IMG/VR virus record: IMGVR_UViG_3300036045_000010
Location: 1 to 61,342 of that record
Length of the DNA stretch: 61,342 nucleotides
Direction: 5' to 3' (one strand)
DNA from: a virus
Lineage: Duplodnaviria; Caudoviricetes
Of the stretch, positions 9,806 through 18,250 are shown one piece after another. The notes beneath the pieces were generated by a model. The model was given only the letters and a program-made list of their open reading frames with translations, was not told the origin of the DNA and did no database searches. The translations under genes were made by a program, and so were the position numbers. Position 1 is the first letter of the stretch. Each line of letters begins with the position of its first letter.

Positions 9806-9844
9806 CCCCCTCTGCCCCGGCGCCCTAGCGTAAGAACAAGATTC

Positions 9845-10738
9845 GTGACACGAACCAAGAAGATCCGGGTTCTCGAGCTGGCGCCGTCGGAGCACACGGC
9901 ATCGAAGCCTGCTGAGCTCATCCAGATCCGCGGACACGACGCGCTGTCGCTCACCGCCCGGCGCGCCATCACCGTGCTCTGGCACAACGCCCATCGCCAG
10001 GGCATCGAGGACGGCAAGACCTACCAGATCCAACTCAACCAGCTCACCACCGAGCGGCACAAAGGCCGGGAGAGCGTCGTCGAAACCATCGAGGCGCTGA
10101 TGACCACCCTGCTCGTCGTTCCACTTCCCGGTGGCAAGACCCGGCGCGTCCAGGTCCTCGGCGGCACCGACATGGACAGCCCGGACCGCCCAGGCGGCAC
10201 GCTCTCCTACAGCTTCGACTGGAGGCTCATCGAGATCCTGCGCGACAGCGGCATCTGGGGACGCATCTCCATCCCCACCTTGATGGCGCTCTCTTCGAAA
10301 TACTCGATCTCGCTCTACGAGGCCGTGGCGCAGTGGTTCGGGCTTCGCGGCAAGACCGCGAGCCTTTTCACCCTCGACGAGTTCCGCGCCCTCCTGGGCG
10401 TGCCGTCCGAGGCCTACGCCCTTTTCGGCGACCTCAACCGCATCGTGTTGAAACGGGCCGTGGCGGAGATCAACGCCCTCGCCCTCTTCAACATCGACAT
10501 CCAGCCGCAGAAGACCGGCAAGCAGGTGACGCATCTCCTGCTCAGCTGGTGGCCGAAGACTCCCGAGGAGCAATGGCAGGCCTCGGTCGAGGTCTCTCGT
10601 CCCAAGCCCGGTCGCCGGGCCCGCATCTCCGGCGCCGTCGACCGTCTGGTCGAGCCTGTGGATAACGGGGATAACTCCCCCGAGTCTTCGTCGTCCGTCC
10701 CCGGATCTATCATAAAAGGATCCCCGGATATGTCGTAG
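9845..10738 (+). CDS. repA: plasmid replication initiator (Rep_3 family, rhodobacteral RepA-like)
   Basis: KPAELIQI, LSLTARRAI..L, LSSKYSISLYE, TLDEFRALLGV, LKRAVAEIN, KTGKQV pattern of winged-helix initiators; flanked by iterons; GTG 9845 start inferred (ORF extends back to 9698). Confidence 0.88.
   Translation: MTRTKKIRVLELAPSEHTASKPAELIQIRGHDALSLTARRAITVLWHNAHRQGIEDGKTYQIQLNQLTTERHKGRESVVETIEALMTTLLVVPLPGGKTRRVQVLGGTDMDSPDRPGGTLSYSFDWRLIEILRDSGIWGRISIPTLMALSSKYSISLYEAVAQWFGLRGKTASLFTLDEFRALLGVPSEAYALFGDLNRIVLKRAVAEINALALFNIDIQPQKTGKQVTHLLLSWWPKTPEEQWQASVEVSRPKPGRRARISGAVDRLVEPVDNGDNSPESSSSVPGSIIKGSPDMS
10657..10674 (-). promoter_or_regulatory. DnaA boxes (one perfect, one degenerate)
   Basis: TGTGGATAA (=TTATCCACA) at 10657-10665 followed directly by CGGGGATAA. 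Confidence 0.75.
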
Positions 10739-10784
10739 CAGGCCCCAAATCTATCGCAGCAGCCCCCGAATCTATCATAGGATC
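10699..10784 (+). repeat. four iterons (plasmid oriV)
   Basis: CCCCGGATCTATCATA, CCCCGGATATGTCGTA, CCCCAAATCTATCGCA, CCCCGAATCTATCATA starting at 10699, 10722, 10743, 10764 (spacing 23/21/21 bp). Confidence 0.85.
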
Positions 10785-10861
10785 GGAGCTAGAGGTTCGG
10801 AGCCAAAGGAAAAATCCGCCTCGAATCTCTGAATCCTGAAAGAGAAAGAGAATCTCTCACC

Positions 10862-11200
10862 ATGCTCTCTCCGCTCTCTCTGGACGACCTCCACGATGAC
10901 GAGGTCATCGCCGACGACATCGCCGACGAGATCGAAGCGATCGCCTCGGACGTTTCACGCAAAACGGACGTCGTCGACCAGATCCGGGTACTCAATCGCA
11001 CCGTGAAGCCCCGAAGCCCCCTTACCGAAATTGAAGTGATCCTCTGCGCTGCAGACAAGAATCATTTTTGGATCCAGGCCTATGAAGACGCCGTCGTGAT
11101 CAAGCTCAATCGCTATGGCGTGCGCCTGGTCGAACGCAAACCGCGCAGCGTGATCCTCGAGATGAACGAGACCAAGGCCATCACCTACGATCTGGTCTGA
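10862..11200 (+). CDS. hypothetical protein
   Basis: 112-aa ORF downstream of oriV. Confidence 0.6.
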   Translation: MLSPLSLDDLHDDEVIADDIADEIEAIASDVSRKTDVVDQIRVLNRTVKPRSPLTEIEVILCAADKNHFWIQAYEDAVVIKLNRYGVRLVERKPRSVILEMNETKAITYDLV

Positions 11201-11252
11201 TCTGTCACACCACACCGAACCGAACCAACCAACCGAGAAGCGGAGACGCCTC

Positions 11253-11456
11253 ATGCCGAGATACCGCATCAAGCTGGAACAGTGGGTCCAGGAAGTCGCC
11301 GAAATCGAGATCGAAGCCGATACCTTGCTCGAGGCCCACCAGGCCGCGCTCGATCATCCCGATCTCGACTGGTCCGCCGGCTCCGAAGGAACCTCCGATC
11401 CGGAGGTCGTCTTCCACAAGACGGTCGCGCTCGACCCCGCGATCGAAGAACGCTGA
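11253..11456 (+). CDS. small acidic hypothetical protein (similar to 4551..4772)
   Basis: GGAG RBS; MPRYRIKLEQWVQEVAEIEIEADT. Confidence 0.7.
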   Translation: MPRYRIKLEQWVQEVAEIEIEADTLLEAHQAALDHPDLDWSAGSEGTSDPEVVFHKTVALDPAIEER

Positions 11457-11473
11457 CGCCCTATGGCGGAGAC

Positions 11474-11507
11474 GCAAGGAGGAGGGGCGAACGCCCCTCC
11501 TCCTTGC
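11474..11507. terminator. perfect 16-bp inverted repeat between convergent genes
   Basis: GCAAGGAGGAGGGGCG-AA-CGCCCCTCCTCCTTGC; no U-tract. Confidence 0.6.
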
Positions 11508-11525
11508 TCCCTTAGCTTCGCTCCC

Positions 11526-11891
11526 TCACCCTCCCAGCGGGGCCGCCTGACGCCCCCGCTTCACCGCCTCCCGACGCACTTTCTCGTAGACGTCGAGCAT
11601 CACCGAGAGCATGTCCCCGTTGGTTCGCCGCTCCCGCTGGCAGAGCTCCCGAAACCGCTCGTAGGTCTCCTCGGGCATGCGTACCGACATCTGCACCGTC
11701 GGGTTGGCCTCGTGCCGGCTGCGGCGCCAGGACTTGACCACAGGCTTCCGAAACGTTTCCGGGCCCGGGACGTCGGCGGCATCGGCGGCATCCTCCAGGA
11801 TCTCCGTCTCCGGCGCCTCGAGACCCTCTTCCCCTTCAGGCGCCTTGGGATTGACGGCCTCGGCCAGGGCCTTGAAGTCGAGCTTACGCAT
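11526..11891 (-). CDS. type Ib partition adaptor / centromere-binding protein (RHH-like)
   Basis: Overlaps the parA stop; disordered N-terminus plus C-terminal strand-helix-helix VQMSVRMPEETYERFRELC...GDMLSVML. Confidence 0.75.
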   Translation of the reverse strand: MRKLDFKALAEAVNPKAPEGEEGLEAPETEILEDAADAADVPGPETFRKPVVKSWRRSRHEANPTVQMSVRMPEETYERFRELCQRERRTNGDMLSVMLDVYEKVRREAVKRGRQAAPLGG

Positions 11892-12609
11892 GGCGAACCC
11901 CCTCGCGCTCCTTGGTTCGGGTCTTTCGCTCGGCGCTCCGCCGAGCGATCTTCAGCCATTCCAGCAGCTTCATCAGCTCCTCGGCGAAGAGCTCCGCATT
12001 GCTGATCGCCCGCGCCACGCCCGACACCTCGTTCGGATCCATGTCGTAGAGCGTGCCCCCGAGGTTGTGCAGGGAAGCGATCGCGGTCCGGGCATGCAGC
12101 TCGGTCTCGAACGCCCCCACCCGGTCTCGCACCTGGGCGTTCAACGAGCGCGCCAGGCGCGACTTCACCGCCGCCTGGGTCCGGGCGAACAGGATGCGCA
12201 CCGGAATCTCCCGGCGCGTCGCCTGGCTCTCCAGGCTCACCTGAGCCACGGTCTCGATCGCCGCTTCGGCGTCCTGCTGCTCGTCGCCCATGGGCACGAT
12301 CACCAGATCGCTGGCGCCGATCGCGAAAGCGTTGAGCCGGGTGGCCGCGCCTTCGAGATCGACGAGCACGAACGCCGCCTCTTCCGCCGCCTTCCGGAGC
12401 TCAGCCCGGATGAGCTTTTCTCCTTGGGTGGCCTGCACCTTGAGTCGCCCGGGCAGCCGGGCCTTCTCCGCCCAGGAGAGCAATCTCCCGGCCGGATCCG
12501 CATCGATCAGGATGACCTTGCGCTCGCGCGCAAGCGTGGTCGCCAAAATGATGGCAGACGTCGTTTTGCCCGCGCCCCCTTTCGAGGACGCGAAAGTAAT
12601 GATAGGCAT
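11884..12609 (-). CDS. parA: ParA partition ATPase (short, type Ib)
   Basis: Deviant Walker A SSKGGAGKTT, LIDADP, VLVDLEG, DLVIVP; start at 12609 inferred. Confidence 0.92.
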   Translation of the reverse strand: MPIITFASSKGGAGKTTSAIILATTLARERKVILIDADPAGRLLSWAEKARLPGRLKVQATQGEKLIRAELRKAAEEAAFVLVDLEGAATRLNAFAIGASDLVIVPMGDEQQDAEAAIETVAQVSLESQATRREIPVRILFARTQAAVKSRLARSLNAQVRDRVGAFETELHARTAIASLHNLGGTLYDMDPNEVSGVARAISNAELFAEELMKLLEWLKIARRSAERKTRTKEREGVRHA

Positions 12610-12637
12610 AACGCCATTCTCCAGTTTTCCCACGAAC

Positions 12638-12667
12638 ACGCTGCTTCAACCGCCCCCGGACTGTCAA
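12638..12667 (-). promoter_or_regulatory. putative host sigma70 promoter for parA
   Basis: Perfect TTGACA at 12667-12662 on the - strand; degenerate -10 (CAGCGT) after an 18-nt spacer. Confidence 0.45.
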
Positions 12668-12720
12668 CAAGAAAATCACACCGAACCCAAGCAAACCGAC
12701 CCGCCAGGAGCCTTTTTCCG

Positions 12721-14118
12721 ATGAGTGCTGCTTTTCCGATGCCTGCTGCGGCTTCTGCGAGTAAGCCACCATTCCGCCTGACCCGCGACCAGCAGACCGC
12801 CGTCGACGCCTTTTTCGACTTTCTGTTCACCCCAGCCCGGTGCTTCGGCATCTCCGGCACCGCGGGCACCGGCAAGACCTTCCTGATGGGTCACCTCGCC
12901 GACAAGGTGATGGACCAGTACCAGAAGTCCTGCGCCTTCATCGGCGCCAAGCCCGACTATGATGGCGTCGTCTTCACCGCCACCACCAACAAGGCGGCCG
13001 AGGTCCTGAGCCAGGTGCTCGGCAAGGACGTGCGCACCATTCACAGTTTTCTCAACCTCAAAGTCGAGGAGAATCACCTCACCGGCAAGACCAGACTCTC
13101 GCGCACTCGCCAGTGGAAAATCCGCAACAACCTCGTCGTCTTCATTGACGAGTGCTCGATGATCGACCAGGCGCTCTACGGCGAGATCGTCGCCGCCCTG
13201 CCCGAATGTAAGCTCGTCTTTGTCGGCGACCATGCGCAGATGGCGCCTGTCGGCGAGCACCGCTCCTGCCTCTACGATCATCTGGAGCCGACCGACTTCG
13301 TTACGCTTGTCGAGCCCGTGCGCAACGCCGGCCAGCCCGCCCTGGTGGCGTTGTGCGCTCAGCTTCGCGAGACCGTGGAGACCGGGGTGTTTCGCCCCAT
13401 CGAGCCCGTCGACGGCGCGATCTACTATCTCGACGCCGCGGAGATGAACGAAGGCCTCCACTACTTTTTCCGGGAGCTCGATCCCTCCTGCCGGGTGCTC
13501 TGCTTCACCAATTCCCGGGTCCAGGATTACAACCTCTACATCCGCGAGACCGTGCGCGGTCGTCCTCCCGAACCTGTTCCCGGCGACGTGATGGTGATGG
13601 CCCAGCCCTACGCCAACGGCGCATCCACCATCAGCGTCGAGAGCGAGCTCGAGATCCTCAAGATCGGGGACTCCTACCAGTTCAACGTCTCCCTCGACAA
13701 GAACGGCGTATACCCCATTCTCTGTCGGGACGTCGTCGTGCGTCGCTCCGGGGACCGCAGCGAGATCACGCTACGTCTTCCCGAAGATCCAAGACAGGTG
13801 ACCACGCTCACCAAGCATCTGGCACAGAAGAAAAACTGGAGCGCTTATTTCGACGTCAAGGGGTCCTTTGCGGATCTTCGTCACAAGTCCGCTTGCACGG
13901 TCTACAAGGCTCAGGGTTCGACCTACGACCAGGTCTTCGTAGATCTGAGCAACATCGGCACCTCCTATGACGCCGCCCAGGTGGCGCGCATGCTCTTCGT
14001 CGCCGTCTCCCGCGCCCGCTCCACCGTCTACTTCTACGGCCGGCTTCCCGGACGCTACCACGATTCCCAAGGAGAGGCTCTATGGGCCGCACCCGCGCCG
14101 CCAGCTCCCCCTGCCTGA
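12721..14118 (+). CDS. Dda/RecD-like SF1 DNA helicase (N4 gp37 homolog)
   Basis: GTAGTGKT, TATTNKAA, IDECSMI, VGDHAQ, TVYKAQGST, VAVSRA; AGGAG RBS before 12721. Confidence 0.92.
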   Translation: MSAAFPMPAAASASKPPFRLTRDQQTAVDAFFDFLFTPARCFGISGTAGTGKTFLMGHLADKVMDQYQKSCAFIGAKPDYDGVVFTATTNKAAEVLSQVLGKDVRTIHSFLNLKVEENHLTGKTRLSRTRQWKIRNNLVVFIDECSMIDQALYGEIVAALPECKLVFVGDHAQMAPVGEHRSCLYDHLEPTDFVTLVEPVRNAGQPALVALCAQLRETVETGVFRPIEPVDGAIYYLDAAEMNEGLHYFFRELDPSCRVLCFTNSRVQDYNLYIRETVRGRPPEPVPGDVMVMAQPYANGASTISVESELEILKIGDSYQFNVSLDKNGVYPILCRDVVVRRSGDRSEITLRLPEDPRQVTTLTKHLAQKKNWSAYFDVKGSFADLRHKSACTVYKAQGSTYDQVFVDLSNIGTSYDAAQVARMLFVAVSRARSTVYFYGRLPGRYHDSQGEALWAAPAPPAPPA

Positions 14119-14594
14119 TCTTCACCGAGCCGATCGCCCGTCAGCTGGTCGCTCCGGCCAAGCGCGCTCTTCTGGAGTGCAAGCGCACGCTCATCGAAGC
14201 GCACGCCCAGGCCACCGGCGACGTCAACGGCTTCCTCTACGGCGGCGTCTACCACACTGAACTGTCCCCGAAGCATATCCGCAGCGTCAAGAAGACGCTG
14301 ATCCACGTCTCCCTGCGCGCCCGGGCCCAGGCCTATAGCGACGCCTGCCGCGCTCAGGAGCGCGAAAAGATCCTGATCCTCAACGGGCTCTCCACAATCC
14401 TGCGCTACTGTTTCACGTTCCAGGACGCCCGGGACATGCTGCCGAGTTTTCTGATCCAAGGTGTGCCGGAGCTCGCCTCCCTGCCCCGCACCCGGCCCGA
14501 AGGCTTCCTCTACGAGGGCAAACCCCTAGCTCAGGAGCAGTTCCAGCACATCCTCCGGCTCCTCGAGCTCCACGCCTCCAATCGGATTCTGTGA
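14082..14594 (+). CDS. conserved N4-like hypothetical protein (gp38 position)
   Basis: Lies between helicase and polymerase; AAGGAG RBS. Confidence 0.65.
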   Translation: MGRTRAASSPCLIFTEPIARQLVAPAKRALLECKRTLIEAHAQATGDVNGFLYGGVYHTELSPKHIRSVKKTLIHVSLRARAQAYSDACRAQEREKILILNGLSTILRYCFTFQDARDMLPSFLIQGVPELASLPRTRPEGFLYEGKPLAQEQFQHILRLLELHASNRIL

Positions 14595-14600
14595 CCCCTC

Positions 14601-16514
14601 ATGCGCTACCAGACCTTTGACGACACCCCGCGGACGAGCTACGAGATCGCTGTTCTGACCCCCACCCTCGACGCGGCGGCCATCCGACGCGAATACATCG
14701 AGGCCCAGACGCTCGATCCGGCTGAGGTCATCGCTTACGAGCTCGTCAAGACTGGCAAGAAGACCTCGGCCGCAACCCAGCGCGCTTATCTCGACGAGCT
14801 CTTGCCGATCCTCGCCGAGCTCGGGGTGAAGTACCTCATCGTCGGCGACACCGAGTATTTCAAGACCCTGGCGGGCGTGCCCAAGGCCGAGGCCTATCTC
14901 GGCTACGCGCTCCCCTCGGTCTTTCCCGACGGGCTCCAGGGCGCCTTCCAGGTGCTCTACGCGCCCAACTTCCGCCAGGTCTTCCACAACCCCGGCCCCA
15001 CTAGGGCGAAGATCGCCCAGGCCTTCGACGCGCTCTGGAGCCACCGTCATGGCCGCTACCGGGATCCGGGCTGCGGCATCATCTCCCATGCCGCCTACCC
15101 CACCGAGCCCGCGGACATCGCCGCCTGGCTCCAGAAGCTCCTCGACATGGACGTGGACTTGACCGCGGACATCGAGACCTTCTCGCTCAAGCATCCGACG
15201 GCGGGGATCGGCACCATCGCCTTCGCCTGGTCCAAGCACGAGGGGGTCGCCTTTCCGGTCGATCTCGGATCCAACCCGCCGGCGGTGCGCAAGCTCCTTC
15301 TGAAGTTCTTTCGGGAGTTCCAGCGCAAGCTCGTCTGGCACAACATCAGCTTCGACGTCTATGTGCTGGTCTACCAGCTCTTCATGAAGGACCTCTGCGA
15401 CACCGAGAGCCTCCTGGACGGGCTGGAGGTCCTGCTCAGGAACTGGGACGACACCCGGCTCATCGCCTATCTCGCCACCAACTCCTGCGCCGGCAACGAG
15501 CTGGGTCTCAAGGCGCAGGCCCAGGAGTTCTCCGGGAACTACGTCCAGGACGAGATCAAGGACATCGCTCGGATTCCCTTGCCCGAGCTCTTGCAATACA
15601 ATCTCGTCGACGCGCTTTCCACCTGGTTCGTCTACGAGAAGCGCTGGCCCCAGCTCGTCGCCGACGAGCAGCTCGAGATCTACGAGACGATCTTCAAGCC
15701 GGCGATCTGGGACATCATCCAGATGCAGCTCACCGGGCTGCCGCTCGACATGGACCGAGTGCGCGAGGTCAAGACTGTTCTCAACAAGGACGCCGCCAAG
15801 GCTCTCGACGCCATCCAGACGCACCCGCTCGTCGAGGAGATGACTCACATCCTCAACGTCGAGCACGTCGAGGCGCGCAACGCCGAGCTCAAGAAGAAGC
15901 GCATCAAGCTCGGCGACGAGCCCCAGACGTTCAACCCCAACTCCGGACCGCAGATGCAGCGGCTGCTCTACGAGCTCGCCGGCCTGCCCGTGATCGAACG
16001 TACCGAGACCGGCCAGCCCGGGACCGGCAAGGAGATCCTCGAGAAGCTGAAGGCCCACACCCAGAGCCAGAAGCTCCGGGATCTGCTCGACGCTCTGCTC
16101 GACCACGCGGCGGTCGACAAGATCCTCACCGCCTTTATCCCGGCCATGGAGGAGGCCACGCTCGGGCCCGACGGGGTCTACTACCTCTTCGGCAAGTTCA
16201 ACCTCGGTGGCACGGTGAGCGGAAGGCTTTGTGTGGCGGGAGACACCCAGGTGATGACCGAAGACGGGCCGATCACCATCTCGCAGCTTGTCTTGGAGGA
16301 ACGATCCTGTAAAGTGTTGACACACGAAGGACGGTTCCAGCCAATCATCGGGCACTACCGCAAGGGACGCGAGGAGATGTTCGAGGTTGAGCTGGAATCG
16401 GGGAAACGCATCACCTGCACCCTGGGACATAGATTCCTGACCACCGTGGGCTGGATGTCGCTCAAAGACATCATGAACTCTCCGACGGAGATCGAGATCT
16501 ATGAAGCTGGCTAA
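14601..16514 (+). CDS. DNA polymerase A fragment 1 (exonuclease/thumb) fused to a split-intein N-half
   Basis: Exo motifs DIET, HNISFD, YNLVD; FNPNS; ends GGTVSGRL then CVAGDTQV. Confidence 0.9.
   Translation: MRYQTFDDTPRTSYEIAVLTPTLDAAAIRREYIEAQTLDPAEVIAYELVKTGKKTSAATQRAYLDELLPILAELGVKYLIVGDTEYFKTLAGVPKAEAYLGYALPSVFPDGLQGAFQVLYAPNFRQVFHNPGPTRAKIAQAFDALWSHRHGRYRDPGCGIISHAAYPTEPADIAAWLQKLLDMDVDLTADIETFSLKHPTAGIGTIAFAWSKHEGVAFPVDLGSNPPAVRKLLLKFFREFQRKLVWHNISFDVYVLVYQLFMKDLCDTESLLDGLEVLLRNWDDTRLIAYLATNSCAGNELGLKAQAQEFSGNYVQDEIKDIARIPLPELLQYNLVDALSTWFVYEKRWPQLVADEQLEIYETIFKPAIWDIIQMQLTGLPLDMDRVREVKTVLNKDAAKALDAIQTHPLVEEMTHILNVEHVEARNAELKKKRIKLGDEPQTFNPNSGPQMQRLLYELAGLPVIERTETGQPGTGKEILEKLKAHTQSQKLRDLLDALLDHAAVDKILTAFIPAMEEATLGPDGVYYLFGKFNLGGTVSGRLCVAGDTQVMTEDGPITISQLVLEERSCKVLTHEGRFQPIIGHYRKGREEMFEVELESGKRITCTLGHRFLTTVGWMSLKDIMNSPTEIEIYEAG
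16230..16514 (+). mobile_element. intein N-part (94 aa)
   Basis: Cys1 block A CVAGDTQVMTEDG; block B ITCTLGHRFLT..GW; TAA at 16512. Confidence 0.88.
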
Positions 16515-16941
16515 ATAAACTGAGGACGGCGAGGGGAGTATCATTCCCCTCGCCCAGGCCCCCAAGCCACAATGTGCGAAGGCGTTCATATCCAAGGAGG
16601 ATTTTGACCGCCTCTACCACCAGAAAGGCGGACACCGCGAGTCGCTTCAGAAGCTGGGCGTCGGCTCGAAGTGCTTTCAGAACAGCCTGCATCGGTGGTA
16701 TCCCGACCCGGCGGAGCGGGAGCGTATCCGCGCAGGCAAGCTACGAGCGACCGACGCTGCGAAGGACGCCATCGCCCAAGCCGCCGGCTACACCCTCATA
16801 CGATTAGATTGCGCGAAGTGGAAAAACAAGAAGGCCATCTACGGGCGAGTCGAATCCGCGCTGTCCGAAATGTTGGGGTTCATGAAGTCTGGGACATCGG
16901 AGTCGCCGGCGATCATTCCTATGTCGGCAACGGGATCGTGA
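16501..16941 (+). pseudogene. degenerate Vsr/DUF559-like homing endonuclease between the intein halves
   Basis: Frame MKLAK*TEDG...TDAAKDAIAQAAGYTLIRLD...; TAA at codon 6; keeps the C-terminal D..KD....GY.LIR motif but lacks the catalytic core; overlaps both halves. Confidence 0.6.
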
Positions 16942-17267
16942 ACCACAACAGCTCGTCGGATCCCAATCTTCAGACGATTCCGGCAAACTCCAAATACGCG
17001 AAGCTGATCAAGAGCTGCTTCGTGGCCCCAAAGGGATGGCTTTTTTGCGGGTTGGACTTTAATTCGCTGGAAGACATGATCTCGGCGCTGACGACGAAAG
17101 ACCCCAACAAGCTTCTTGTTTATATTGGCTCCATTGTGTATGGTGTGAGGGTCGATGGAGCGTTGAAGTGGATCAATGAAACCGATCGCGTTCACTATCA
17201 GGGATCTGTATATACAGGCTCTGAGTTCGCAACCATGCTCCGAACCAGTGGCAGGGTTTGCGGGTAA
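16818..17267 (+). CDS. DNA polymerase A fragment 2: intein C-part + motif A region + non-polymerase tail
   Basis: VWDIGV...IVNHN|SSSDPNLQ (intein ends 16949); motif A GLDFNSLE; start (GTG 16818 or TTG 16809) uncertain. Confidence 0.8.
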   Translation: MEKQEGHLRASRIRAVRNVGVHEVWDIGVAGDHSYVGNGIVNHNSSSDPNLQTIPANSKYAKLIKSCFVAPKGWLFCGLDFNSLEDMISALTTKDPNKLLVYIGSIVYGVRVDGALKWINETDRVHYQGSVYTGSEFATMLRTSGRVCG

Positions 17268-17949
17268 ATACGAAGTCTTCCCCGATGGGCGTATCTGGAA
17301 TGTCCATCGGGAAAAATGGCAAAGTCAGTCAGATGCGGGGCCATATCTGAAGGTTCACTTGCATGACGGCCGGGCGGAGCACCAACTCTTGGTGCATCGA
17401 CTGGTCGCTATGCACTTTCTACCGAACCCGGCGAGCGCCCCGATCGTCAATCACCAGGATGGCGATAAGCACCACAATGCCGTCGGCAATCTGGAGTGGG
17501 TCTCTGAAGAGCGCAACGCGCAGCATGCGCTGGAGCTGGGACTTCGCGGAGGCTACATACCTGTCCCTCAGAAACGCGCCTTGTTGCACGCCGTCCTGAC
17601 CGAGAGCGCAACAGTTCTGGATCTCGCCCGACACACCGGGAGGCGGATGGAAACCCTCCACAGAATGCTGAGAGTCCAAGCCGATAAAGACGGCCTCACA
17701 GAGCAGTGGCAAGCCAATGCCTGGAAAACGCGCCGCAAAGCTTCAATGCGCAACCTGGCTCCCTTAAACGTCAACGCTTTGTCGCCGGATGACGTCGCCA
17801 GATTGTTTGCGCGCGCGCTGCAAGGTGAGCGCCTCATCGACCTAGCGAAGGAAGTCGATCGACATCCAGGCACAATAGGTCCTTTGCTCAAAGCCTACGG
17901 AAAGGCCAACAACATCCCGACAGATTTCCGCCGAAAGAGGGCAGCGTAA
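17176..17949 (+). CDS. NUMOD4-HNH homing endonuclease with C-terminal HTH repeats
   Basis: GFAGKYEV..DGRIWN, VHRLVA.HF, VNHQDGDKHHNAVGNLEWVS...N..H. Confidence 0.9.
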   Translation: MKPIAFTIRDLYIQALSSQPCSEPVAGFAGKYEVFPDGRIWNVHREKWQSQSDAGPYLKVHLHDGRAEHQLLVHRLVAMHFLPNPASAPIVNHQDGDKHHNAVGNLEWVSEERNAQHALELGLRGGYIPVPQKRALLHAVLTESATVLDLARHTGRRMETLHRMLRVQADKDGLTEQWQANAWKTRRKASMRNLAPLNVNALSPDDVARLFARALQGERLIDLAKEVDRHPGTIGPLLKAYGKANNIPTDFRRKRAA

Positions 17950-18224
17950 TGGTAGACATCGTCATTCCAGATGACGCGACCCTCTGCCTGGAAAGTGAGA
18001 CGAAAGTTCCCGGCTACGACGGGCATAGCCTGCGAGCGTTCAGCTACTTCCCCGAGAAGATGCCCGACATCGAAGAAGCCCCCGAAGGATCTCGCTGCTT
18101 CGAGGTCCAGATCGGTGGCAAGAAGCTCTGGCTCCACGAGACGGAGCTGGTCACCTATCTCGGCCAGGAGATGACCGGGCTCGAGTTCTGGGAGCGCTTG
18201 CATGGCGTCCGTGCTTTGGTGTAA
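17949..18224 (+). CDS. DNA polymerase A fragment 3 (only ~20 core residues, flanked by a leader and a tail)
   Basis: GYDGHSLRAFSYFPEKMPDI continues the N4-type Pol after KDPNKLxVY; TAATG coupling to the HNH gene. Confidence 0.85.
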   Translation: MVDIVIPDDATLCLESETKVPGYDGHSLRAFSYFPEKMPDIEEAPEGSRCFEVQIGGKKLWLHETELVTYLGQEMTGLEFWERLHGVRALV

Positions 18225-18250
18225 CATCAACCCAGATCACGAATGAAGAG

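Noticed and set aside
10699-10784. CRISPR array
   Set aside because: Repeats are nearly abutting 21-23 bp units without unique spacers; no cas operon; context fits iterons.
11677-12720. N-terminal extension of the 813-aa helicase ORF
   Set aside because: It is antisense to parA and its partner; helicase motifs and an RBS begin at 12721.
17124-18011. Group I intron around the HNH gene
   Set aside because: The interval is fully occupied by overlapping ORFs with TAATG coupling, leaving no room for a ribozyme core; not formally excluded without RT-PCR.
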